Origin: Planctomycetota bacterium
GTDB taxonomy: Bacteria; Planctomycetota; GCA-002687715; CAIWVZ01
Assembly: GCA_044222185.1 (NCBI GenBank)
Contig: JBGANV010000001.1
Location: 2,048,001-2,112,000 of the forward strand
Direction: 5' to 3'
Length of the DNA: 64,000 bases
Under the pieces are notes generated by a model. The model saw only the letters and a program-made list of their open reading frames with translations, ran no database searches and was not told the origin of the DNA. Of this stretch, positions 10,152-19,618 are shown piece after piece. The translations under genes were made by a program, and so were the position numbers. Position 1 is the stretch's first letter; every line of letters begins with the position of its first letter.

Positions 10152-10541
10152 TCAGCCCGACCAGGCCGTGGCGACGGTACCGGCAAGCGGGCGGCGGCGA
10201 TCGTGCGTCTCGCCGACCGGGTACCACTCGCTGAATCCCGGCTGCCCCGGCCGCCAGGTGATGAAGGCGTCATGGCCCTCGACCTCCGACCGGCAGCAGA
10301 CCAGGCCCAGATCGTGGTCGAGCAGCACGCAGCCCAGGCGATCGAGCTCCGAGATGCACCGGTCGAACTCGGCACGGCAGAACGCCAGGTCGATCCCGTG
10401 ACGCGTCATGGGCGTCTTCGGCGACGGCGCACCCGCGGCCGTCGCCCGACGGATGAGGCGGTGATGCGCACGCGCCGTCGCGACGATTCGACGAAGGAGA
10501 GGAACCATGCGATCGGCTTCGCGGATGGTGAGATGACCCAT
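10152..10541 (-). CDS. DUF2203-like protein
   Basis: LTIREADRMVPLLRRIV ... ELDRLGCVLLDHDLGLV ... ITWRPGQ..FSEWY..GE...RRPL matches the DUF2203 pattern from memory; start approximate. Confidence 0.65.
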   Translation of the reverse strand: MGHLTIREADRMVPLLRRIVATARAHHRLIRRATAAGAPSPKTPMTRHGIDLAFCRAEFDRCISELDRLGCVLLDHDLGLVCCRSEVEGHDAFITWRPGQPGFSEWYPVGETHDRRRPLAGTVATAWSG

Positions 10542-10763
10542 GGAGGACCGGACTCCCGCCCCAACGACCGGCTCGCAGGTCAAAGGGACGCGCGGACTGT
10601 ACATGTTTCGGGCGTGCTCGTCCAACGACGGCCTCGAGTGAACGCTCGCGACCGTCGGGAGATTCCGCGCCAAGTCGCCGCGGATCCCTTGCGGTCTGTA
10701 CGGTCTGCGGTCTCCGGACGTGAGATCCGGGCTTCGGCCTGAGCAGCCCACTCCCTCCACGCG

Positions 10764-12074
10764 TCAGCGCGACGTCGGGCCGACGTCGATCCCGTCCGCC
10801 GTCAACTGCTCCGGTGTCGCGGCGCTCGCCGTTTCGCCGTCCGGGCTTGGGTACCACCCTGGGTCGACGTCGCCGGCGATCCGGTCGCGCACCTTCAAGA
10901 TCGTGAACATGCCGCCCATGGTGATGTAGCCCTTCGGACCGCGACCGCCGATCATCGGCAGGCTGTTCTTCGGGACCTCCATGCCCATCTCCCCCATGTC
11001 GCCCATTCCGGTCTGCCCCATCGTCATGTAGTCCGGCAGGAACCGACGAATCCTCTCGTCGAGGCCCGCGGGGTCGACGCCGATCATGTTGGGAACGCCA
11101 TGGCCCATCTGGGTCATGACGTGGTGGGTCATGTGGCAGTGCATGGCCCAGTCGCCAGCTACGTCGGCGACGAACTCCACGGTCCTGGTCGTCCCCGTCG
11201 GGACGAGGACGGTCGTTTCCGGTTGGCGCGCCGACTCGGGCACGTCACCACCGTCCGTCGCCGTCACGTGAAACCGGAAGCCGTGCAAGTGGATCGGATG
11301 ATGATCCATGGCGCTTAGATTCCCGAATCGGATGCGGACTCGTTCACCGACGGCAGCCACGATGGACCGCGTTCCCGGGAAGACGCGTCCGTTCAACGTG
11401 AGCACGTTGAACTCGGTCATCTCGTTCGGGTCCGGGCGACTGGTGCCCGGCGCGACTTTCCACTCGCCGAGCATGTAGACGTAATCGCGGTCCGGTGGCG
11501 GAGCGGCCTGGTCGCGGGGGTGGACGACGATCATCCCCATCAAGCCCATGGCCATCTGCGTCATCTCGTCGTGATGCGAGTGGTACATGAACGTTCCGTG
11601 CTGGCGCAGCGTGAACTCGTAGCGGTAGGTCTCGCCCGGCTCGATCGCCTTCTGGCTCAGGCCTCCGACGCCATCCATTCCGCTCGGCACGAAGACACCG
11701 TGCCAGTGCACGGTCGTGGCCTCGGGCAGTCGGTTCGTGACGTAGATCCGCACGTGGTCGCCTTCCACGACCTCGATCGTGGGACCGTGGACTCGCCCGC
11801 AGTAGCCCCAGCACTGGGCCGTGAGCCCGGGCGCGAATTCATGGTCCACCGGCCCCGCCACGAGGTGGAACACCTTGACTCCGTCCACGAGGCGAAACGG
11901 CAACGTCGCGCCGTCAGGGGTGACGACGGGGCGGTACGGACCCGACGACGCGACGGTCCCGCGCGGCGCGGTCGCCTCCTCGTTGCGCGTCGCCCGATCC
12001 GGACGCGTCACGGCCGCGACCGCCGCGGCTCCTGCGAGGATCGCTCCCCGGCGTGAGACCTTCTTCTCCAACAT
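10764..12074 (-). CDS. Tat-exported multicopper oxidase (two-domain type) with Met-rich C-terminus
   Basis: SRR Tat motif; copper motifs HWHG, MYHSH, HPIHLHG, HCHMTHHVM. Confidence 0.93.
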   Translation of the reverse strand: MLEKKVSRRGAILAGAAAVAAVTRPDRATRNEEATAPRGTVASSGPYRPVVTPDGATLPFRLVDGVKVFHLVAGPVDHEFAPGLTAQCWGYCGRVHGPTIEVVEGDHVRIYVTNRLPEATTVHWHGVFVPSGMDGVGGLSQKAIEPGETYRYEFTLRQHGTFMYHSHHDEMTQMAMGLMGMIVVHPRDQAAPPPDRDYVYMLGEWKVAPGTSRPDPNEMTEFNVLTLNGRVFPGTRSIVAAVGERVRIRFGNLSAMDHHPIHLHGFRFHVTATDGGDVPESARQPETTVLVPTGTTRTVEFVADVAGDWAMHCHMTHHVMTQMGHGVPNMIGVDPAGLDERIRRFLPDYMTMGQTGMGDMGEMGMEVPKNSLPMIGGRGPKGYITMGGMFTILKVRDRIAGDVDPGWYPSPDGETASAATPEQLTADGIDVGPTSR

Positions 12075-12092
12075 GGCGCAGCCCTCGCTTCG

Positions 12093-13523
12093 TCAGAAGT
12101 GTTCCGGTACCGGGGTCGTCATGGACTCGCGGGCACGCCCCGAACCGTGATCGGCCGGGCGCACTCCGCTCGTGAGCCGGGAGACGTCACCGCGCGCGAG
12201 CCAGTAGTCACGTCGAGCCTCGAACACCTGCAGCGATGCCTCGATCTCAGCCGCCTTGCCCTCGATCAACTGAAACGCCCCCGTCAACATGCCGTTGTAC
12301 TGGAGCTGCAAGTCGGCGGTGCTGTCGCGGCGCAACGGCAACACGGAGTCACGGAGGAACAGCGCGCGGTTGCGCGCAGCGACGAGGCGCGCGCGAGCCA
12401 CACGCGCAGCGGAACGGATCTCCACGGCCAGTTCGACGTGGCGGGAAAGCCCTCGCCGCAACCGGGCCTGGGCCGCCGCGACCCTCCCCTGACCTTGGTC
12501 GAAGATCGGCAGCGGGACCGTCAATGCGGGCCCCAGCCCCCAGGTGCCATCGACCTCCTTCTTGACCGCGACACCTGCCTCGGCGTCCGGGATCAGGGAC
12601 GACCATTCGGTGAGGCCGGCGGCGTTGGCCTCCGCCTGCAGGCGGCGCCGTCCCGCAGCCAACTCGAGGCTCGCCGCGATGGCTCGCGATTCCAGATCGG
12701 TCAGGTCCGATTCCGCTGGTGGAACCTCATCGAGAGTCTCCCCAACCCGCCACGCGGCGTCGGGCCCCCACAGGCCGAGCAGCACCGTCAGCGCCTCGCG
12801 GTTCTCGAGGGCGGCGACTTCCGCGTCGGCGAGATCGAGGCGGGCCTGGGCGTGAAGCACGCGCAAGCTCGCTGCGTCCACTTCGCGAATGTTGCCCGCC
12901 GCTCGCAAGCGAAGCGCCAGGTCGGCGGCCGCGCCCCGTGCTTCGACCTCGCTGCGACGCAGCTTTAGGAGAGACTCGTCCGCCACGACGTGGGCGAATC
13001 GCTCGCGCACGCGCGCGGCGAGATCCACCGCCTTGGCGGTGACGACGAGCTGCACCTCGGCCAGATGCTCGGCCGCGACGGCACGCGCCAACGGAATGAA
13101 CGCGACGTCGAGGAAGCTGCGGGTGACGCCGAACTCGATCTCCGTCGCCCCACTGAAGGAGAACTTGGTGTTGCCGGAGAACACGGGATTTTGCAGCAAG
13201 CCCGCCTGCACCAGCTCGGCCTGCGCGATGCCCAGTTCCTCGAACGTCGCACGCAGGTCACGGTTGTTCAGCAGTGCGATCTGGACGGCGGCATCCGCGG
13301 TGAGCCCTCCATCGAGCAACGCACGCGCGGCGGCTGCGACCGCGCCATCTTCCGGTGAGTCGTGGCTCCATTCGACCTGCGCGCCCGTGCGAGCCACCAC
13401 GGCGCCGCGCACGTCGTCGAACGTGGACTCCACCGACGGCGCCGAACACGCCGCAAAGGCACACCACGCGAGCGCTGCGCAGGAGAGGCGGAACGTCCCG
13501 GACGGTCGACCCGCGGGGCTCAT
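12093..13523 (-). CDS. TolC-family outer membrane lipoprotein (copper-resistance associated)
   Basis: Lipobox FAAC; [35 protein letters not shown] overlap with the upstream gene at 13520-13523. Confidence 0.9.
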   Translation of the reverse strand: MSPAGRPSGTFRLSCAALAWCAFAACSAPSVESTFDDVRGAVVARTGAQVEWSHDSPEDGAVAAAARALLDGGLTADAAVQIALLNNRDLRATFEELGIAQAELVQAGLLQNPVFSGNTKFSFSGATEIEFGVTRSFLDVAFIPLARAVAAEHLAEVQLVVTAKAVDLAARVRERFAHVVADESLLKLRRSEVEARGAAADLALRLRAAGNIREVDAASLRVLHAQARLDLADAEVAALENREALTVLLGLWGPDAAWRVGETLDEVPPAESDLTDLESRAIAASLELAAGRRRLQAEANAAGLTEWSSLIPDAEAGVAVKKEVDGTWGLGPALTVPLPIFDQGQGRVAAAQARLRRGLSRHVELAVEIRSAARVARARLVAARNRALFLRDSVLPLRRDSTADLQLQYNGMLTGAFQLIEGKAAEIEASLQVFEARRDYWLARGDVSRLTSGVRPADHGSGRARESMTTPVPEHF

Positions 13524-13840
13524 CGGTCGGAGCCCTCCTTGCGCAGAGCCATGCCGCAGATCGGACACGCGCCCGGCTCATTGCGTCGGATCTGCGCGTG
13601 CATGGGGCACACGTAGGGACCGGCCGGCGAGGCCGACTCCTCCCTCCGACTCGTGGGTGCGGACTCTGCGGCGAGACCCTCGCCCGGCTGCCAGGAAGGC
13701 CCGGAAGACGCGTCGGGGCTCGCTGGGTGCGTCGCAGGGAAGGGCGGCATCGGCGGCGCCGGGGTGCAACCCGAAGCCGTCAACCAGAGCAGCAGGGCGA
13801 CGCCGGCCGCGAGGGCGACCGAAGGCGGGCGCCCGTTCAC
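13520..13840 (-). CDS. Heavy-metal-binding-domain lipoprotein
   Basis: [24 protein letters not shown] motif; lipobox ASGC; GTGA overlap with the YHS gene. Confidence 0.85.
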   Translation of the reverse strand: MNGRPPSVALAAGVALLLWLTASGCTPAPPMPPFPATHPASPDASSGPSWQPGEGLAAESAPTSRREESASPAGPYVCPMHAQIRRNEPGACPICGMALRKEGSDR

Positions 13841-14484
13841 TTCTCGTGCTTCTCTTCCGTCGGCTCTGCCATCTTCGGTGCGGACGCCTTCGCCTTCTCC
13901 AGGTACTTCGCGGGGTCCTTCTTGATCTCGTCGACCGAATCCTTGGACGCGAGGTGGATCAATCGGTCGCCGACGACGACGAACGTGTTGTCCATCACGG
14001 TCTTGTCACTGACCGGATCCTTGGTGTTCTTGAGATCCTTGACCTTCGGGTTCGTCAGCAGCGTCAAGACGATGTCGCCGTTGTCGCGAACGGGTTTCGA
14101 GCAGTCGGCGCAGCACACGCGAATCTCCCGTCCCTGGTAGATGACGGCGACCCCCTCACCGCTCTTGATCGCCTCGCCGCTCACGGGGCAGATCGTGTTG
14201 CCGAGCTTCTCCAACTTGGGGTAGGCCTTGGCGTATGCGGCCGCCGGGTCCTTCTTCACCTTCTCGACACACATCTTGCAGCAGAGAAACACGCGTCCCT
14301 GATCCGTGTCGACGAACACATCGGCCTTCGTCGCCTTCCCCATGATCGGGCAGGTGGGGTTCATGAACGTTGGGACGGAAACGGCCGGTGTCACCTTCGG
14401 GTCGACGGGTCGCGATTCCTGCGCGTCCATTGGGAACGCGACGAGCACGGCAGAGACGACGAGAATGGAAACAGGTCGAAGCAT
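13837..14484 (-). CDS. Secreted YHS/TRASH-repeat metal-binding protein
   Basis: Two CP(I/V)xG...CCxxC units plus a third Cys-less copy; signal peptide; AAGGGAG RBS. Confidence 0.85.
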   Translation of the reverse strand: MLRPVSILVVSAVLVAFPMDAQESRPVDPKVTPAVSVPTFMNPTCPIMGKATKADVFVDTDQGRVFLCCKMCVEKVKKDPAAAYAKAYPKLEKLGNTICPVSGEAIKSGEGVAVIYQGREIRVCCADCSKPVRDNGDIVLTLLTNPKVKDLKNTKDPVSDKTVMDNTFVVVGDRLIHLASKDSVDEIKKDPAKYLEKAKASAPKMAEPTEEKHEK

Positions 14485-14756
14485 GACGACACTCCCTTTT
14501 CGACGATCGACGCCCGTGCGTCGCACCCTGGCGGACCACGCCCTACCGTGCGATGGGTCGACTTTGATGTTGGTTTCGAGGCGTGACGTGGGGACCTCGA
14601 GTATCGGACCAGGACGCGGCAGGGTCAACTCGGCGTCGAACAAACGCGTGGCCCCCGACGAGCACGCGGGCGCATCGTCGTCGAGGACGTGCCGCCCGCG
14701 CGACCGCGAAGCGCTGCCGATTCGGCTGCAATCACCGTCGCGCCGCGTGGGGTCTG

Positions 14757-15272
14757 TCACGGAAACACGAAGGTTGCGACGTTCGTCAGCGTGACGATCA
14801 TCCCACCACCGCAGTTGATCGTGCTTCCTGAGCCTGGGCCACTCATGCCGCCCGAGCCCATGCCGCCCGAGCCCATGCCGCCCGAGCCCATGCCGCCAGT
14901 GCCCATCGTCCCGGACATGCTCACGACTCCGCCTTGCACGTAGGCCATCGTCCCCGAGAGCGGCGGCGGTATGGAGCCCGGAAGGATGTTGACCGTGAGC
15001 GAGAGCGCCCCGCTCGCGTTGGTGGTCCCCATATCCATGAGGATCCATGGCGGCGCGATTCCGAGCGTGACGCCGCCCATGGTCCCGGGTCCCAGTTGGA
15101 GTGAACCGGCGAGGATCACGTGCGCATTCGCTGCCGCCCCCGACACGCTGATCGTGACCGCTGGCGGCGACGTCGTGCCCGTCGCGGCAAGGGTCGGCCC
15201 CTGGGCGGCCAGAACACCTGCAAGCAAGAACGCGGCGATCGAAACGGACCAGCTGCAGTGTGAACCACGCAT
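14757..15272 (-). CDS. Small secreted protein: candidate C-terminal domain with a Met/Gly-rich insert
   Basis: Signal peptide ending VLAA-Q; IPPPLSGTMAYVQG ... (GGMGS)n ... LTNVATFVFP; GGAG RBS. Confidence 0.7.
   Translation of the reverse strand: MRGSHCSWSVSIAAFLLAGVLAAQGPTLAATGTTSPPAVTISVSGAAANAHVILAGSLQLGPGTMGGVTLGIAPPWILMDMGTTNASGALSLTVNILPGSIPPPLSGTMAYVQGGVVSMSGTMGTGGMGSGGMGSGGMGSGGMSGPGSGSTINCGGGMIVTLTNVATFVFP
14844..14903 (-). repeat. 15-bp tandem repeat encoding GSGGM (3 perfect copies, 1 degenerate)
   Basis: catgccgcccgagcc x3 then catgccgccagtgcc on the + strand. Confidence 0.9.
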
Positions 15273-15644
15273 GATGATCGTCTCCGTGAGGAACGTCCGA
15301 GGCGGCGTTCCCGCGACCGTGCGGGGACGCTCGCCGACCTGGATGCTGTCGCCGATCTCTCCCGGCAGTACGGGCTGAAGTGCGACGCCATCGCGCGCGA
15401 GTCTGGACCTCACCGGCGCCTGAGTGCCTGCCTTGGAGAACCTCTGGCCGCGGACGTCAGGCGGCGCTCGGACGGTCCGTCGGTATGGCCCAGGGTCGCC
15501 ATGCAGCCGGCGGCTCCACCGCAAGGAGGTTGCGCGCGGATCGAGGACGAGGATCTGGGTCACGGGGTCGCCCGGACGCAGGAGCAGCGCTGGCAATCGA
15601 CCGCGCAGGGTTCTTCGCGGCCGAGCGCGCGTCGGCCCGAACGG

Positions 15645-16082
15645 CTAGGCGACGCGCGCCGGATCGATGAGGCGGCTGAGCAGGGCGATCTGTCCCTGGC
15701 CGCGAGCGTCGGCGGCGATCAGATTGGCGACGACGGCGACGGCCGCGACGGGGTCCGCATCGTCCTCGATCATGCCGCGCACGATCGAGAGCGTCGCCTC
15801 GCGGACGGCGCGGAGCGAAGACGTGGCCTGCAGAGGGCTCGCCGTCTCGCGGACCGGGCGCGCGATCGGACGCAGGCTCTCACGAGAACCTGCGAAGAGT
15901 TTCTGGGCTTGTTTCCACTCCTCGTCGAGGAGTGCCGCTGCGATCGATTTCGCGCTCGGGATGCCGTCGTCCGGAGCCCAATCCCACTCGTCGCGGCTGA
16001 TGCGCGCGACGACCGTCATGAGCGAAGTCCGAACGGACTCAGCCTGCGCGAGCAGTTGATCGACTGATGAGCTGGGGGTCAT
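15645..16082 (-). CDS. DinB/YfiT-like four-helix protein, apparently lacking the His ligands
   Basis: RTSLMTVVARISRDEWDWAPDDGIPSAKSIAAAL and ADARGQGQIALLSRL resemble DinB 'LDW.P....S...L.H' and 'HE..H.GQI..L.R'. Confidence 0.55.
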   Translation of the reverse strand: MTPSSSVDQLLAQAESVRTSLMTVVARISRDEWDWAPDDGIPSAKSIAAALLDEEWKQAQKLFAGSRESLRPIARPVRETASPLQATSSLRAVREATLSIVRGMIEDDADPVAAVAVVANLIAADARGQGQIALLSRLIDPARVA

Positions 16083-16225
16083 GCGAAGGTGCAGAGAGAG
16101 GGAACGAACCGCCGGGTGAGGAACCGGTTGGGGTCCGCCGCGGACACGCGCGGTGGAACGCCTGAAAACGCAACAACCGTCTTTTCGACCAACGGAGCCG
16201 GTGGGTTGAGACGCGTGCCGGGTGA

Positions 16226-17470
16226 TCAAAGCGACGGCAGCACGTGCGGCACTCCATGACCGTCGATCCGGAACCGCTCGACGGCGACGTCGAACGGCGA
16301 TCGGCTCGATCGCTTGGAGGCTTGGAGGACTTCGTCCACGATCCATCCGCACAATCGCTGCGTGCGCGCAGCCGCGGCTCGGCCGTCAAAAGCGTCCTTC
16401 ATGCGAGCCTCGAGCACCGCATGGATCGCCGCCCCCGCGCCCGTGAGCCAGTCCGGAATGAAGAGGATGCCTCGCTTGAAAAGCTGCGCCGCAAGCCGCC
16501 CTTCCTCCTCGATCCCATCCGCCACGAGTATGGCGTCGGCAACGCCGACGATGGCCCGGCACTTCAAGGCCTGAACCATGTCGGCCGCGATGACGTTGGC
16601 CATCGCATTCGGACAGAAGATGTCGCTCTCGACCTCCAGAATCTGATACGGAGCCATCACGCTCACGAGCTTGCGCTCGAGCACGGGCAGTGCTTCGAGG
16701 AAACGATCGATGGCCTTCAAATCGCGATCGGTGACGACGAGTTTTGCGCCGTCCGCGGCAAGCAGGCGCGCGATCTCCGCCCCGGCATGGCCGAGCCCCT
16801 GGATCGCCACCGTCGTCTCGTTGGGGGCCTTGCCGAGCGCAGCCGCCGTCGCGCGGATCGCGGCGTGCACGCCCACGGCCGCCGTCGCTCCCGAGCCGCC
16901 CCCGCGGACCCCGACCACGTTCCCCACCCGCGCCGAAAGCTTCTTCGCAAGGTCGACGGTGAACCCGGAGTCGACCGTGAGACTGGCGCCGCCCAGTTCG
17001 ATTTCCTGCGCGATGGCATCGACCCAGGGCGCCACGTTGTACTCAGGCACGGCCGGCCCGTGCATGAGGAGCGCCGAGCCTCCGCATTGGGCGCCGGACA
17101 ACCACGCACGCGTCGTCGCGAGCCGGGCGAGGCGAACCGCGAGATCGAAGAGGGTCTTCTCCGGCGTCGCGAATTCCATCCGTCGGATCGCCCCCAACGT
17201 GCGTCCGGAGACAGGCTGGTGCTGGACCCAGACGAGTCGCAACCCGAGATCCGACCGGTTGACGAGTTCGATGCGCTGGGGCGGCGACACACGGAGGGAG
17301 CGAGCGAACTCGTGCAGGTGCCAATCCAGTTGCGGAGCCAGTTCGCCGAGGGGACTCCACTCGCCGTCGGGCACGGCTCCGACCCGTCGCCAGTCGCCAT
17401 CGACCGGGCGGAGCCAGACGCGCTCGAGGCCCTTGTCGCGCATCGTGTCGAAGACGGTCCAGTCGGTCAT
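16226..17470 (-). CDS. Glu/Leu/Phe/Val dehydrogenase homologue (catalytic Lys apparently absent)
   Basis: TVAIQGLGHAG Rossmann motif, DIFCPNA, RGILFIPDWLTGAGAAI; N-domain TLGAIRR...RLARLATTRA..SGAQCGGSA. Confidence 0.85.
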   Translation of the reverse strand: MTDWTVFDTMRDKGLERVWLRPVDGDWRRVGAVPDGEWSPLGELAPQLDWHLHEFARSLRVSPPQRIELVNRSDLGLRLVWVQHQPVSGRTLGAIRRMEFATPEKTLFDLAVRLARLATTRAWLSGAQCGGSALLMHGPAVPEYNVAPWVDAIAQEIELGGASLTVDSGFTVDLAKKLSARVGNVVGVRGGGSGATAAVGVHAAIRATAAALGKAPNETTVAIQGLGHAGAEIARLLAADGAKLVVTDRDLKAIDRFLEALPVLERKLVSVMAPYQILEVESDIFCPNAMANVIAADMVQALKCRAIVGVADAILVADGIEEEGRLAAQLFKRGILFIPDWLTGAGAAIHAVLEARMKDAFDGRAAAARTQRLCGWIVDEVLQASKRSSRSPFDVAVERFRIDGHGVPHVLPSL

Positions 17471-17483
17471 TCGGCGGGATCCC

Positions 17484-18155
17484 TCATGTCGCGAACGGGT
17501 TCGCCGTCCTCACGCACGCGAACACCGTCCAGATCGCGACGCCGCCCATCACCGCGACGTAGAGCGTCCCCGGCCAGCCGAGCAACGCGCCGGACCGGTG
17601 GCGCCGCGCCGCCGCGAGCGCTGCCAGTGCCGCCGCAGCGATGGCGCCGATCGAGTGAAACGCACCTCTGACCGGCCGGTTGGAGAACGCCTTCACCATG
17701 CGGAACCAGGGACTGCCATCCGCGCCGACGATGCGATCCGCGTCGCCGACCTGCGCCGTCGCATGCACGACGCCGACGGCATCGATCGCTGGACCGGTCG
17801 CCTGCGCCACGAAACGATGCGGCAGGCCCACGCTGCCCGCGTGCACGATCCCGAACACCACCGTGCATCCCAGGAGCGACGCCGCGACGAGGTTCCGATG
17901 CCCGCCGCGGTTGCGGCGGCGGAGGACGTCGACGAGGAGGATGGCGACCGGGATCCCGACACAGGCGACGCCCAGAACGAAACGCGGCGTCATCCCCGCG
18001 GCAGCCGCAAGCGCAACTCGATCGTAGGTGGTCTGGCCGCGGACGAACGCCATCTCGAGCCCCAGGTGTGCTGCGATGAAGGCGCCCAGCACCCAGGCCG
18101 CCCATCGTGCCAACTGCGCCGGGCGCATCGACTCGTCCGTCATCTTCGGTTCCAT
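17484..18155 (-). CDS. Multi-TM membrane protein resembling SdhC/cytochrome b558
   Basis: LGAFIAAHL...RGQTTYD, VFGIVH, MVKAFSNR..AFHSIG resemble Bacillus-type SdhC; start approximate. Confidence 0.5.
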   Translation of the reverse strand: MEPKMTDESMRPAQLARWAAWVLGAFIAAHLGLEMAFVRGQTTYDRVALAAAAGMTPRFVLGVACVGIPVAILLVDVLRRRNRGGHRNLVAASLLGCTVVFGIVHAGSVGLPHRFVAQATGPAIDAVGVVHATAQVGDADRIVGADGSPWFRMVKAFSNRPVRGAFHSIGAIAAAALAALAAARRHRSGALLGWPGTLYVAVMGGVAIWTVFACVRTANPFAT

Positions 18156-18246
18156 CGCGATCGCCGTGCGCGGGTCGAGGATGATCTCACGCCGGCGAGG
18201 CGCGATGCTACCCCGGGTTGATTGGAGGCCCAACGCGCCGACGGCT

Positions 18247-19167
18247 TCAGTCGCCGCCGAACAGCTTGCGAAGAAGGCCGCGAATTCCCGCTTCTTCCTC
18301 GGCGGAGCAGCCTGCTTTGAGCGCGTTGCGAACGCGTTCGATCTCGGCGCAGACCTCCTCGCACGTCGACGGCCGGCGCGCGGGATTCTTCTTGATCATG
18401 CGTTCGAGCAGGTTGGCGACCGGCACCGTCACCGATTGGTTGAGCTTGGTGATGGCGATGGGCTCGCGCTTCAGCGTGCTTTGAAGCACCTCGTTCGTGT
18501 GCCGCCCCTGGAAGGCCACCTTCCCCGTGAGCATCTCGTAGAGGATCACGCCCAGCGAGAAGATGTCGGCCCGCGCGTCGATGGGGTCACCCCGGATCTG
18601 CTCGGGCGCCGAGTACGCGGGCGTTCCGATGTACGTGCCCGGTCGCGTCAACTGGACGGACTGGTTCATGTCCTTCGCGATACCGAAGTCGAGGACCTTC
18701 ACGACCCCGTCCGCGGTCCGAACCATGATGTTCTCGGGTTTCAGGTCGCGGTGGACGACCGCCTGGCGGTGGGCCTCCCCGAGGCCGAGCGCGGCGTCGC
18801 TGATCGTCGCAAGAGCCCGATCGACGGGGAACGCGCCATCCTTCACGAGGATCTGGTAGAGGTTCAATCCGTCGACGAACTCGGAGGCGATGTAGAAACA
18901 GCTCTCCTCGCGACCGAGAGCGTAGATGCGCACGAGATTCGGGTGCCGGAGCGCTCCGAAGCGCTTGCCCTCGTTCTTGAAGCGCGTGATCGCCTCCGCG
19001 TCGACTGGACCGTCGGTTCGCAGGAATTTCAGCGCGACGGTCCGGTCGTGCTTGAGGTCGTGGGCCCGGAACACGACACCCATGCCGCCCTCGCCCAACT
19101 TCTTGTCGATGCGGTACTGGCCGTCAGGTCCGAAGGTTCGTCCGACGAGTTCGTCGGAGAGATTCAT
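18247..19167 (-). CDS. Hanks-type Ser/Thr protein kinase (stand-alone, cytoplasmic)
   Basis: LGEGGMGVVF, VALK, HRDLKPEN, DFGIAK, GTPAYSAPE, DIFSLG. Confidence 0.95.
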   Translation of the reverse strand: MNLSDELVGRTFGPDGQYRIDKKLGEGGMGVVFRAHDLKHDRTVALKFLRTDGPVDAEAITRFKNEGKRFGALRHPNLVRIYALGREESCFYIASEFVDGLNLYQILVKDGAFPVDRALATISDAALGLGEAHRQAVVHRDLKPENIMVRTADGVVKVLDFGIAKDMNQSVQLTRPGTYIGTPAYSAPEQIRGDPIDARADIFSLGVILYEMLTGKVAFQGRHTNEVLQSTLKREPIAITKLNQSVTVPVANLLERMIKKNPARRPSTCEEVCAEIERVRNALKAGCSAEEEAGIRGLLRKLFGGD

Positions 19168-19224
19168 CAGGGGGTCCTCGTCGCTCCAGCCTTCGTCGAG
19201 CGCAACTCCATGGATTGAAGAAGC

Positions 19225-19461
19225 TCAGTCCTCGCCGTCATCGCCGATCGCTTCCACGGGGCACTGTTCCAGTGCATCGCGGCAAGCCTTGATCTCTTCC
19301 TCGTTCTGAGGCTGCTTGTAGACGATGTCGTGGTCGCCCTCGCCGCTCTCCTTGAAGTTGTTCGGAGCAAGGTCGGAGCAAAGAGAGCACAGGATGCACT
19401 CCTTGTCGACATAGAACTTGCCGGAGACGTTGTCGTCCCACTTCTCGTTTCTGTTGGCCAT
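19225..19461 (-). CDS. Ferredoxin (single Fe-S cluster)
   Basis: FYVDKECILCSLC ... QCPVEAIG. Confidence 0.92.
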   Translation of the reverse strand: MANRNEKWDDNVSGKFYVDKECILCSLCSDLAPNNFKESGEGDHDIVYKQPQNEEEIKACRDALEQCPVEAIGDDGED

Positions 19462-19618
19462 ATTCGACTCGCGGAGACGCAGTCTGCGGCCCTGCGGCCG
19501 CACAGCATACCCCCGTGGTTTCGCATGGCCAAGACAGCGCGACCCGCGCACGACGGCGTTGCGCGGGTCGCATTCAGGCGTCCGCTCGACGAAAAGCGCC
19601 CGCCGAGGCCGGGAATCC

